A DNA stretch of 64,000 nt from Octopus sinensis. Its lineage: Eukaryota. How positions within the stretch are numbered: the stretch's first letter is position 1; each line of letters starts with the position of its first letter. Of the stretch, positions 10,815-22,916 are shown in pieces. Both the position numbers and the translations under genes were made by a program. The stretch spans positions 38,998,001 to 39,062,000 of the forward strand of contig NC_043014.1 in the NCBI RefSeq assembly GCF_006345805.1. The letters are read 5' to 3'. The notes below the pieces were generated by a model. It worked only from the letters and a program-made list of their open reading frames with translations, was not told the origin of the DNA and did not search any database.

Positions 10815-13800
10815 GTAAATATCTTTATTTTAAAGAATATTCTCCTTTTGAAATATATTTTTTTAATTGTTAAATACCCTTTTGGGGTGTGTTTTGTATC
10901 ATGTCTTTATGTTCATTCTATAAAAAAATCTATTCATTATTGACATTTAGTCTCTCTGTCTCTCCCGCTTTATCATACCATCTCCCTTCCTATCTCTCTC
11001 TCTCTCTTGGTGTATATATACATTTCATTTGGCTTATAACTATTGCGAATTTATATTTGTGGAAGATCTATCTATATAACTGAATCAACACCAAGATACT
11101 GCTGGGACTTATTTAGCCAACCCCACCCTAATGACGAAATCCACACTGACCGTAATTGGATTCCGAATTGAAAGGAAACTAAATACTACTGTATTGTAAT
11201 TATTTCGGATGGGTGCTTTCTGTACCGCCTTCGTCATTAGTTAACCGGCTCGTATTCTTCTTTTTTTTTCTTTCTTTTTTTCTTTCTTCTCTTTATTCAT
11301 AAGATGGAAAGTTGGCTACTATTTCTAGCGGTTCGAGAGACCTTGTAGAAAGCTCCTTTGTTACCCTAGCATGTATATAAGATGTATGAGAGAGATAAGT
11401 GAAAATGGCTGAAATAGTGATGCGCTGGAATTATCATCAAGCATTTCCTTATTTCATTCATATTAGGGATTCAGTACAGTTGCCGAATTTATTCGTACAC
11501 AACCCACCTCAGCTACAAAGCGTAAAGGGGATCACATCTACACGACATTCACTAAATTAAATAAATCACCAATTTGCATAAGATTAATAAGAGTGAATTG
11601 ATTAGTTTTATGGGGCGGACTGGCCGGAATAGCTGTCTTTCCACAGACGTTGGAATTTCCCCGTTTTCATCTGGTCTATTGTTTCCAAATGTGTGATACA
11701 AAAAAAAATTGGTAAATTTCCAACTTACATAGGGCAGCTATTCCGAAAGTCTCCTTTTTATGGGTACATTAGACAAAACGACACTCCTTAGAATTTTTTG
11801 TAGGTATTCGTAGATCATACACGTGTAGTGTAAATAATACTTTATCAACCATCGAGGAAGCATGTGATTATTAAGACAGATTAAGCTGATTTAATTACCA
11901 TTTTATAAACAATAAAACCGCATAGTATAGAATTTTTGTAGACATTCTGTGAGATCAACATATTGTTTCTATGAGATCCTTTACGTTTTGTACAAAGGGT
12001 CGTTGTTTACTTACGTATTCGTTATATAGGACTTTCTGGTTCGAATCCCACATCGATCGGTTTTGAATTCTATCTCCCAGGCTCGATAAAACGAGAACTA
12101 GTAATATATTGCGGTAGTTAATTCAATATTTGCCTAATCGAATAAAATCAATGGTAATTCTTTTAAGGTTTTGAATAGTCATGACTAACCCGTCTGAGAA
12201 GCAGACTTACATGTGAGAATTTAATTTATATTTTAGTGGTTATGGAAATTATATATTTCGTTCAATTTGGAGACGCAAGGTGTGTGTCCTCCCCCACCCC
12301 CTTAGAATTCTTTTAAAATCTAAGAATCTACTCGATTCTGTAGATACGAAAGAAAGAATTGGGGGAAATGAGACCGCAATTAGCGTTGTATGAAATATAG
12401 GAATACTTCAGGCGGCGAGGTGGGGGTACAACCCTTTTCCTTCCCTATGAAAGTATAGGATATCTATCCAGAAACAACTTCAACTAGCATTTTTTGTTTT
12501 ATATTGAAAACATCAGAACGATTGTCGAAATTTTATATATATATATATAAAAGAAGGTTTAGAGGTGATGTACAGGTATTATATATTAGAAGAAATAAGG
12601 TACTCAGAAATCTAGATGGTTTTATTATTTACAGATCTGTAACTATAAAAAAATTCAGATTTCTGAGTACCTTATTTCTTCTAATATATTTATATATGTA
12701 ATTAAGGGTTTAGCAACAAGTTGCTTCACCACATACCGAAAACTTAGAAATAGCAGCCAAAAGACAGCCAATTCTTTTAACTACAAATATATATATATAT
12801 ATATACGCAAAAGTTTTAAACTCATTCAGGTTTGTTTCAGCCGGTAGTGGGTCAATAAGTTTATAGGAATCTAATTAATAAAAAGATCTGTTTAAAGTGA
12901 AGTTTATATATGTTGGCTTAATGTCAATTAGACCCCCTCTTTCCTCGGATTTTGTCAGCTTTCCATGAGCTTTAAAATGGCCTGCACTTGTATTGTTATC
13001 TTTGAAATTATGCTTATAATTTTATTAAAGATATATTGTAATCAGGATCGTTAATTATAACTGTCAGTATTTCCAGTAACAATACAATAGATTAGAGGTT
13101 GATTATCTTTTACAAGATTACTCAACTACTTTCCACCTCTTGACTTGCTAGAAATGATTACCAAATCCCCTTTAAAATCAATCATACTTCACTGTTACAA
13201 AATGACGCATTGTAGTTTGAAAAAAATGTAAGGCATGATGATCATGCCTGGAACACTTGTTTATATGTCAGCTCCAAGTTTGATCTATAGCCGAACAGTA
13301 ACAGATAGAACTACCTGTTACACCTTCCAGCTGACACGCCATCACTTCTCTCCGATATCACATGATGTAGACTTAATGAATGAGTGAAGTTATTCTCTAT
13401 TTAGTTAATGGTTCCTGTTTGAAAAAAAGGTCTTTTCATTTTTATATTTGTTTATAGTGCAATTATTGTTAGATGAGAACAATGCTAGTACATTCGTAAT
13501 GGATATCTAGTATTTACTTGCATGTAAAGTGAGAAATTTAACCCAGATGTCTGGGTCAAATTGAGGTAGGATTTAAAAAGTGGAAGGATAAAATATCAGA
13601 ATTTATTTATTTATTATATTGTTCTCTTGACCTGGGAGAAATTGCCATTAGATCAAACCAGATGTCTTAAATAAGGAAGGATATATTTGATAATTAGTCT
13701 CAGATACCCCTCAAAAAACTGTAAATAAAAAGATGGCCATGGCTGAAGCTTCCTCTGTGTGATGTCACAATACATAGAATGTTGCATCATTAAGTGTCCC

Positions 13801-14029
13801 TATCATGGAAACAGTGTCCTTCGTTTCCAATCTTCCATGAAAACATGTCTGGTCATGGGAAATATTACCTTAGTTGGAAATGGGTGAGGGTCGGCATCAG
13901 GAAAGCTATACAACTGTAGAAAATCTGCCTCAGCAAATTTTGTCCATCTCATGTGAGCATGGAAAAGTGGACATTAAAATGATGATACTAACAGGTTTGC
14001 TATAGATCAATCTTCCACAATATTTCATC

Positions 14030-14560
14030 ATCATCATTGTTTAACGTCCGTTTTCCATGCTAGCATGGGTTGGATGGTATGACCGGGGTCTCGGAAGCCA
14101 GGAGACTGCACCAAGCTCCAGTCTGATCTGGCACAGGTGCCAGGGGAGACTGGCAATGGCCACGATCGGTTGGTGCTTTTTACATGCCACCGGCACGGAA
14201 GCCAGCCAAGGCGGCATTGGCATCAGCCATGTTCAGATGGTGCTTTTTACATGCCACCGGCATGAGTATCACAACTACAATTTTATTTTGATGTTGATGT
14301 ACTTGACTCAGTAGGTCTCCTCAAGCACAGCAGGTCGCCCTACGATCCAAGGTAAGCACAGCAGGCCATCCTGCGATCCAAGGCACTTTGGATGAGCTGG
14401 GGCTTCTATGTGAAGCTGGTGCAGGAAACAGCCATGAACTCGCGTTATTTGTCGGGTCTTCGCAGTTACAGCATATCTCCAGAGGTCTCGGTTTTTCATC
14501 ATTGCCTCTGTGAGGCCCAACGTTCGAAGGTCATGCTTGACCACCTCAACATGACCTTTG
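14030..14560 (-). mobile_element. Family C RTE 3' portion in NEDD8 intron 2
   Basis: Minus ORF ...EVVKHDLRTLGLTEAMMKNRDLWRYAV; (GAT)n tail. Confidence 0.85.
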
Positions 14561-14800
14561 TTGTGTATAATCTCTTCTGTGTCATTCAGTGCTTTCAAGT
14601 CTGTCCAGTCCATTTATCAGGTCCTAGTTCACTCTTTTGATCTGTTTTGTTTTGAGCTAAATTTTTATTGCATGAAATTGTGGTTGGATTTTTATTTTGT
14701 TTCTTTTCTTTAAAGACTGTTAAATTTGTCTACATTAGATAAAATCTTTAATTCCAAGCATTAATATATTTGTCTCTCATTTTAATTTTTTTTTTCTTAG

Positions 14801-14830
14801 ATTGAAATTGATATTGAACCAACAGATAAG
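14801..14830 (+). CDS. NEDD8: NEDD8 coding exon 3, 30 nt (IEIDIEPTDK)
   Basis: Long poly-T tract plus cttag acceptor; gtaaga donor; phase 0-0. Confidence 0.95.
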
Positions 14831-15409
14831 GTAAGAAAAAGAAATTTGTGTTCCCTTTAAAAATATATCACGTGTGGTTGTGTGGTAAGAAGCTTGCTTC
14901 CCGACCACATGGTTTTGGATTCAGTCCCACTGTCCCACTGCATGACACCTCAGGTGAGTGTCTTCTATTATAGCACTAGTCTGCTCAAAGCCATGTGAGG
15001 GGATTTGGAAACTGAATGAAGACTGTGTGTATCCCCCACTGCTGCTTGACAACCAATGTTGGTTTGTTTACATTACAGTATTTTAGTGGTTCAGCAAAGG
15101 AGTCTGATAGAATAAGTACTAGGGTTGATTTGTTTCACTAAACCCTTCAAGGCAGTGCCCCAGCATGGCTACAGTCTTATAATTAAAACAAGTAAAAAGA
15201 CAAGATACATTAGTTCCATTGTACATAAATTCCATTTTTTTTTTTTTTGGAAGTTTGCACTTTTCTTGAGGACTTGCAAAATCATCAATAAATTAACTTT
15301 CATTTTCATTCAACATTAGTATTGGTTGGATAAATCTACATTGCAAGATGTTTTTAGAAACTTGCATGTGGATGTAATTCTTTCTATAAGACATGGCTTA
15401 TAAAATTCA

Positions 15410-15637
15410 AGCGAGGTCGTTGCCAGTACCGCCTGATGGCCCCCGTGCCACTGGCATGTAAAAGCACCCACTACTCTCTCGGAGTGGTTGGCATTAGGAA
15501 GGGCATCCAGCTGTAGAAACTCTGCCAGATCAAGACTGGCGCTTGGTGCAGCCATCTGGTTCGCCAGCCCACAATCAAACCGTCCAACCCATGCTAGCAT
15601 GGAAAGCGGACGTTAAATGATGACGATGATGATGATG
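15410..15637 (+). mobile_element. Family C RTE 3'UTR in NEDD8 intron 3
   Basis: Shared terminus aacccatgctagcatggaaagcggacgttaaatgatgacgatg. Confidence 0.85.
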
Positions 15638-15859
15638 GCTTTAATATAAAGAGCTTCATTGGATTATTTCTAGCTGAGAGTAAAGATTAGTGGATAGCTT
15701 TAGAGGGAACCAACTAATACAGGGCACATCTTTTCTCTGTCTCTCTATCACACTTCTCTATTATATAGCTGAACTGGAGAACCTTTTATTCTAATTTAAG
15801 GTTACACTTGCCATATAATTCATTCTCTCAAAAACAAGTTTTAAAATTTTGTCATCAGC

Positions 15860-16110
15860 AACGGTTTTATCTTGTATCTAAAAATTTAGTTTCTCCTTTG
15901 CTGTTGATAATTCTGTAGACCAATTCTGGCATAGAAGACTCCGTGGCTTTGACTACATGGCAATGTTGGTGGAGGGCAAAGTTGATTTGGTCAAGCCTTT
16001 CTCTCATGTCATTTGATTTCTTCCTTTCTCTCTTCTTGTGGCTTTGAAGTTTTTGGTTCTGATGGTGATGGAACGCCACCACTTGGTATAGTCCCACCTG
16101 TTGATTTGAT
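15860..16110 (-). mobile_element. Old RTE LINE C-terminal fragment (different subfamily)
   Basis: Minus frames contain WRSITI...RREK and PCSQSHGVFYARIGL, a degenerate RTE C-terminal Cys knuckle. Confidence 0.5.
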
Positions 16111-16303
16111 GCATGAGTGACCAACCATCCAATCAAATGGATGACTGAGTCATTGAGTTAGTGTGTGAAAATGTCTGAATATTCCTCAAATACCCATAAT
16201 GTAATTTTCGAGTAGAATCAGTGTGATGTGTAACAAGGCTGGACCTTGGAATTACAGGTATGTTTTATCTTCCTGAGAAAATATTACAGCTAACATTGTT
16301 CTA

Positions 16304-16875
16304 TTGGGTTGTCTGGAAAGTGCATGCCGATTTTTAAAGGAAAGAAAAAGGCCAATAAATACTTGCCATTACCCACGCTTTACCAGGTGCTAATGAATGG
16401 CGGATTTTAATAGGTTGAGGCTTTCTGCCAATTCTCGGGTTGTGCAATGGTGGGTTATTCTCAATTAATGACTTGATTTGGTCATCATCTGTAGTGGATG
16501 GTCTGCCTGATCGCTCTTTATCACTAAGGCTACAATCTCCAGCTCAGAACCTTGCGAACCACTTCCATACAGTTCTTTTGGATAAAGAAACATCACCGTA
16601 AACTGTGCATATTTCTTTGGTTGCTTGTGAGGCATTTTTCCCTTTATGGAAAAAGAAAAGCATCAAGTGCCGAAAATGAACTTTCTTATCTTCCATTTTA
16701 AAGGGTTGCAGAATTAACACAGGTTATAGGAACATAAACCTTCCATGAAAAGATAGCTTAAACTGTGCTCTAAATGGAGGTGTAGTCAAATCCTATTTTA
16801 TGGACTCAACCATGTTCTAAAATAAATTGAAAGGTAATCTGCTATAAATTGGCATGAACTTTCCAGACAACCCAA
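16304..16875 (-). mobile_element. Internally deleted mariner element with TIRs and TA TSD
   Basis: TIRs ttgggttgtctggaaagt(g/t)catgcc; TA at 16302-16303 and 16876-16877; ATG at 16696 reads MEDKKVHFRHLML..KGKNASQATKEICTVYG..SKRTVWKWFARF..SDKERSGRPST (mariner HTH). Confidence 0.9.
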
Positions 16876-18229
16876 TACATCATCATCGTCATACATCTGT
16901 TTTCCATGCTGGCATGGGTTGGATGGTTTGATAGGAGCCTGTTCAGGCTCCAGTTGTCTGTTTTGGCATTCTTCCTATTGCTAGATGCCCTTCCTAATGC
17001 CAACCACTTCACAATGTGTTGAATGCTTTTTTCATGCTACTGGCACAGGTGCATTTTATGTGGCACATTTTTATCTTTTACTTGTTAGTCATTGGACTGT
17101 GGCCATACTAGGGCACCACTTTGAAGGGTCTAGTCAGACAAACTGACTTCAGTATTTATTTGTTTTTTAATCCTTCAGTGTTTAAACTGGTCATATTAGG
17201 CCCAAATATTTTACTTGTTTTATGTTCAAACTGGCCGGACTTGGCCTCTTGTACCTACCTTGCAATGTCAGTCTAAAAATAAACAATCAAATCCCCAAAA
17301 TCTTAAAGCTATGAGATTACGCATGATTATACAGTGTGAATAAATAAGCAGAACACCTGACTAAAAGAATAATCTGAATGCTAAAGGGTTAAAGTGTGCT
17401 ACTTGTTCTATCAGTCTCTTTTGCTGAACCACTGGGTTACGGTGACATAAACAAACCAACACCTGTTATCAAGCAGTTATGGGTCACAAATGCAAAAGAC
17501 ATATGCACACAAACACCTCAAAAGTAAATAGACACCATTATTTTTGAAAGGCTTATTTCCAGGGCATGTAAAAAGCACCCACTACACTCTCAGAGTGGTT
17601 GGCGTTAGGAAGGGCATCCAGCTGTAGAAACTCTGCCAAATCAAGATTGGAGCCTGGTGCTGCCATCTGGCTTGGAAGGCAGACGTTAAACGATGATGAT
17701 GAAAGTAGTGTCATTTGATGTCTTTAAATACTTCGTCTGATATTTAGTAGACATACTTTATGCGGTTTCTAATGGTTTAACTTCTTTGGACATTCTACTG
17801 ATGGGTAGGGTCCATACAAATAAAACAGTATAATGAAGGGTATCTGTTTATTTTTGAGAGATGTGTGTGTATATATAATGATCATTAAATGATGATATAT
17901 GTATTGTAGGCTTCTACATGGCTTGTCTACCAAATTCACTCACAAAACATTGCTCAGCTCAGAACTATTGTGGAAGACACTTACTCAAGGTGTCATGCTG
18001 TGGGACTGAACTCAAAACCACGTGGTTGCAAATTAAGCTCATTAACCACACAACCATGCCTGCACTATACATTGTAATTGTTATACACATTGTTTTATGA
18101 ATATAGATTTTTGTTGTCATTTGTAAATCCTGAATAAATTTTTCTTTACGTTAATATGTCATGTCAGTTTCATAAATTTATTATCAAAAGTAGTTTCTCT
18201 ATTAACATGCGAAGATCCGACAAATAACG

Positions 18230-18660
18230 TGAGTTCATAGCTGTTTCCTGCACCAGCATCACATAGAAGCCCCAGCCCATCCAAAGTGTCTTGGATCACA
18301 GGATGGCCTGCTGTGCTTACCTTAGGTCATAGGGCGACCTGCTGCGCTTGAGGAGACCTAGTGAGTCAAGTTCATCAACATCAAAAGTCAAATGGAAATT
18401 GTAGTTGTGATACCTGTGCCGGTGGCATGTAAAAAGCACCAACTGATCGTGGCCATTGCCAACCCCCCCTTGGCACCTGTGCTGGTGGCACATAAAAAGC
18501 ACCCACTACACTCACGAAGTGGTTGGCGTTAGGAAGGGTATCCAGCTGTAGAAACACTGCCAGATCAGGCTGGAGCCTGGTGCAGCCTCCTGGCTTCCCA
18601 GACCCCGATCGAACCGTCCAACCCATGCTAGCATCGAAAACGGACGTTAAATGATGATGT
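18230..18660 (+). mobile_element. Family C RTE 3' portion
   Basis: Same 3'UTR and terminus as the other family C copies. Confidence 0.8.
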
Positions 18661-19101
18661 GTTGTGCAAGCATCTTTTACATGTGCATTCATGCATTTCT
18701 AATAAGTTTACTGAACGCACTGTAAGGAATACTTTATGCTGGATGCAGAATGCAGGAATATTGGTGCAAGAGACTGTTGACTGAGTCAGATTTAACTGTC
18801 TGATTACCCCCACCCTACCCAAGTTGTTTAGTTCCAGTTTTTTTATGGCATTCGCACAAGTAAGAGATTAATCTAAATAGTTTGTCAGTTTCTCTGATAA
18901 CATTCCTTTATGATCTAGTACCTATTCTTAGCATGTAGGTGATCTGAGATGTGTAAAATTTAAGTTTAACTCTAACATTTAATCCTTTGGTATTTAATCC
19001 GGCACAAATATTCTACCTTATTACAGTGATGTACTTGCATAGCAAGTGACCTGATCTGAGATCGTGTGCTGGAACGAAAACAATTGCAGCGTGGAAGGTG
19101 T

Positions 19102-19342
19102 TTATAAGCAATTTAAACACACAAAATCCATTGGAGTCACTTCAACATTTAAATTTAACGTGTCGAAATATTTTCGCCGCTTTGAGACCGTGACCTGTTC
19201 ACTGACGAAATTCCGTGCTGCAGCATGGAATTTTGTCAGTGAACAGGTCACGGTCTCAAAGCGGCGAAAATATTTTAGCAAATTAAATTTAAATGTTGAA
19301 GTGAATCTAACGGATTTTGTATGTTTCTTAAATGGCTTATAA
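19102..19342. repeat. ~240-bp near-perfect spacerless palindrome
   Basis: Centre CTG/CAG at 19220/19221; about 55 bp each side pair with only G-T wobbles; arms continue with few mismatches to ttataagc/gcttataa. Confidence 0.95.
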
Positions 19343-20776
19343 ATTTTCTACCTTTTTTTTTAATGTTAAAACTGACCACTCTAAAAATCCAGAAAACACA
19401 CCATTGAAATTTTGAAGCTACAAACTAATGTGATTAATTCAAAGCAGTGTGAATATGCATCACATTTGACAAATCTGAATGCTAAACTTTTAAACCATCC
19501 ATGCCTAGTACAAAAATTCTTCCTGTTTTATGTTGAAACGAACCAGATCCAGCCTCTCATGAATACCCTACATCCTCATTGTACAAATAAAAAAGATCAT
19601 ATCTTTAAGGTACAAGATACTGCCTGATTACTTCAACAGACTTCTTACAGTGAAATTAAATTTGAGAACTCTGAATTGATAGTTTTAATAGACTGTAAAC
19701 ACGACAATTTCACTTCTGCAATCTGAAATGGGCTGTAATTTATCCCACAATTCACTTTCAATGTTTGCAGAACAGAACCAGAACTATCACTGGAGATGAT
19801 TGCCCAGTCTGTCACACATTTTGCCTATTAGAGAATTTAAGCTCAACATTGCAATCTAACAGGTGTGATAATAGGTTCTACCATTAGTCTAGAGACATTT
19901 ACCTCTGAGGTCAACAGATGATGATATAAAACTTCTTAATATATAGGAGAGGGTGTAATTGTCCTTGGGGTAGTTGTCATCAGGGGGAATTGTCCTAGTG
20001 GGGTGTGTGTACTGCTTAATCACATGATTTGAGGTTTGGTCCTACTGCAAGGTATCTTCGACTCTGCGTCTGTGTTTGTCTCAGTATCGTATGAATATTG
20101 TAAATGAATGTGATTCATTTCCAATTTTCTGCAGAAACATGCCTGGCCATGAGGAAATATTATCTTGTTAGTAAACAAATAAATGTTTGGCAACAAGAAG
20201 GGCATCCAGCTGTAGAAAATTTGCTTCAATAAACTCCATCCAACCCGTGCAAGCATTTAAAAGAGGACGGTAAAATGATGAAGATAAAGAGTAGCTATTG
20301 GTGCGCTTTTTAAGTTCCTCATGAGAAAGGCATTATTATGCTGTTTCTTTGTGGAAGATACAGTCGAGTACTGTACTGCCTTAGCACATTTTAGCAATCA
20401 GATTACTGTCAAATCATCATCATCGTTTAACGTCCACTTACCATGCTAGCATGGGTTGGACGATTTGACTGAGGACTGGCGAACCAGATGGCTGCACCAG
20501 GCTCCAATTTGATCTGGCAGAGTTTCTACAGCTGGATGCCCTTCCTAATGCCAACCACTCTGACAGTGTAGTGGGTGCTTTTACGTCCCACCGGCACGAA
20601 ATTCAAATGTTTATTCATTTGTATTTCTAAAAATTGATTATCAATTTTGTGGCTTTGAGATTTTGAGGATGTAATTGTTTTTTAGATTAACATTGTAGGG
20701 TTGGTGTGAGAGGCTGGATCTAGCTAGCTTCAACATAAAACAAGTAGAATATTTGGGCCAGATATGGCCGGTTTAA

Positions 20777-20987
20777 CCCTTTTGTTACTGTATTTATTTT
20801 GAGATGCTCTGTATTTCTTTCAATTCTTTTAAATATAACAAAGAATTTAGTAAAGTAACTTAGTTATCATTCAGCTAGTGTTAGGAACATAAATTGTGAC
20901 TAAGGTTTGGTGGTATATTTTAATGCAAAACTTATGAAAACAAGATATTTGTACTACAGAGCCAGAGCCGGGTTGGTAACAAAAGGG
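20777..20987. mobile_element. piggyBac-type MITE (CCCT termini, TTAA TSD), nested in another piggyBac MITE
   Basis: ttaa/cccttttgttac ... gtaacaaaaggg/ttaa. Confidence 0.75.
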
Positions 20988-21260
20988 TTAAATGCTTATG
21001 GGTCAAGTGTTGAGTTTCTTCCCTCTAGATTTAGAGCTCGAGTACAACTGACATGTACTTTGATTTTTACGCCATCTTTGTAGTTGGTAAAAATAAACTC
21101 AAGTCATATACTGCAGATAACTTGGTCTCCTATACCCCTACCATTACAAACTTCTACCCTTGTGCTAATGTAAGAAACCATTGATATATAGTATTGCAGA
21201 ATGTATTTATATAAAAAAAAAAAAAAGATGTTTATTTGTATAATTCTTGTATTTTTCCAG

Positions 21261-21343
21261 GTTGAAAGAATAAAAGAACGAGTTGAAGAAAAAGAAGGCA
21301 TTCCCCCACCCCAACAACGGCTTATTTTCAGCGGCAAACAGAT
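21261..21343 (+). CDS. NEDD8: NEDD8 coding exon 4 ([27 protein letters not shown]+AT)
   Basis: tttttccag acceptor, gtaata donor; 83 nt, phase 0-2. Confidence 0.96.
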
Positions 21344-21460
21344 GTAATATTACTTTCTTCTGAATTTATGTTAACTGTTCTGTTTTTAGGATATGAATGC
21401 AACTATTCACAGAAAACTAGTGTTGGTGTTTCTCAGTAAATCTTAATGTGTAAAAGTGAG

Positions 21461-21628
21461 CGGAGGAGTGGCTGTGTGGTAAGTAGCTTGCTAACCAACC
21501 ACATGGTTCCGGGTTCAGTCCCACTGCGTGGCACCCTGGGCAAGCGTCTTCTGCTATAGCCCCGGGCCAACCAATGCCTTGTGAGTGGATTTGGTAGACG
21601 GAAACTGAAAGAAGCCTGTCATATATAT

Positions 21629-21725
<97 letters not shown>

Positions 21726-21932
21726 ATATGTTTGTATGTCTGTGTTTGTGCCTCTAGCATTGCTTGACAACCGATGCTGGTGTGTTTACATCCCCGTCAC
21801 TTAGCGGTTCAGCAAAAGAGACCGATAGAATAAGTACTGGGCTTACAAAGAATAAGTCCCGGGGTCGATTTGCTTGACTAAAGGCGGTGCTCCAGCATGG
21901 CCGCAGTCAAATGACTGAAACAAGTAAAAGAG
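21461..21932 (+). mobile_element. Family A SINE, full length, in NEDD8 intron 4
   Basis: Head, internal (TA)n and tail as in 794-1233. Confidence 0.9.
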
Positions 21933-22039
21933 TGTATGTAATGCAATGTATGTATGTATGTACCATATTTTATGGCATATTAAGCAGTACCCTAATTTCA
22001 GCAGCGCATCGTCAGGAAAATAAGTTTTTAGTGTATTAA

Positions 22040-22221
22040 CCCTTTAGCATTCAGATTATTCTGTCAAATGTAATGCTTACTTATTCATGTTCTTCTGTGT
22101 TTTTCGTGGTTGGTTTTAGAATGACATTGTGAGGGAGGTGTGAGAGGTATGATCTGACTAGTCTGAACGCAAAGCAGATAGAATATTTGGGCTGGATATG
22201 GCCAGTTTAAATGCTAAAGGG
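22040..22221. mobile_element. piggyBac-type MITE (TIR ccctttagcatt)
   Basis: ttaa/ccctttagcattca ... aatgctaaaggg; related copies near 17170-17395, 24180, 42830-43045 and 51446. Confidence 0.75.
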
Positions 22222-22236
22222 TTGAAATATGTAACA

Positions 22237-22541
22237 CAGTGATTCTCAACCATTTTTTACCTGTGGACCCTTTGATTACTATTTTACTCTGATGGATCCC
22301 CATAACCATTTGACATTTAAAAGCAAGTTTTATAGACACTTTTTTTCAAAATTCCTATTTTGTTTTTCACCTGTTCGTTTGTGTAGGTATATTATGGCAC
22401 TCACTAAGAGAACATGTTTCCAGTAACTGGAAACTTGTTGAAAAGTGTAAACCAAGTTGTTTTTTGCAGTAAATACATCTAAGGCAAAATTTTTTCATTA
22501 ACCCCTAAAATAGTACCATGGATCCCATTTGAGAATCACTG
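22237..22541. mobile_element. hAT-type MITE
   Basis: 13-bp TIR cagtgattctcaa / ttgagaatcactg; TSD degraded. Confidence 0.65.
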
Positions 22542-22697
22542 AGCTAATATTTAAAGCACTCTTGCATATATGGGGTGAATTTATCTTTTGCAACTTTTTT
22601 GAAAAAAAAATGTGTCTCGTGTCATCAAACATGGTATATATGTTCCACGGTTTGGGACCAAGATAGTTGAAATTTTGTATGGAGGTATGTCTTACTA

Positions 22698-22916
22698 AGG
22701 CGGAGAGCTGGCAGAATCGTTAGCATGTCGGGCGAAATGCGTAGCCATTACGTTTTGAGTTCAAATTCCACCGGGGTCGACTTTGCCTTTCATCCTTTCG
22801 GAGTCGATAAATTAAGTACCAGTTACGCACTGGGGTCGGTGCAATCGACTTAATCCGTTTGTCTGTCCTTGTTTGTCCTCTCTGTGTTTAGCCCCTTGTG
22901 GGTAGTAAAGAAATAG
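22698..22916 (+). mobile_element. Family B SINE monomer with TSD
   Basis: aggtatgtcttactaagg repeated at 22683-22700 and 22915-22932. Confidence 0.9.

Noticed and set aside
13235-13334. Possible intronic C/D box snoRNA (ATGATGA ... CTGA)
   Set aside because: The terminal stem is only about 3 bp and I could not identify a convincing rRNA-complementary guide; both boxes are short enough to occur by chance. A snoscan or Infernal search would settle it.
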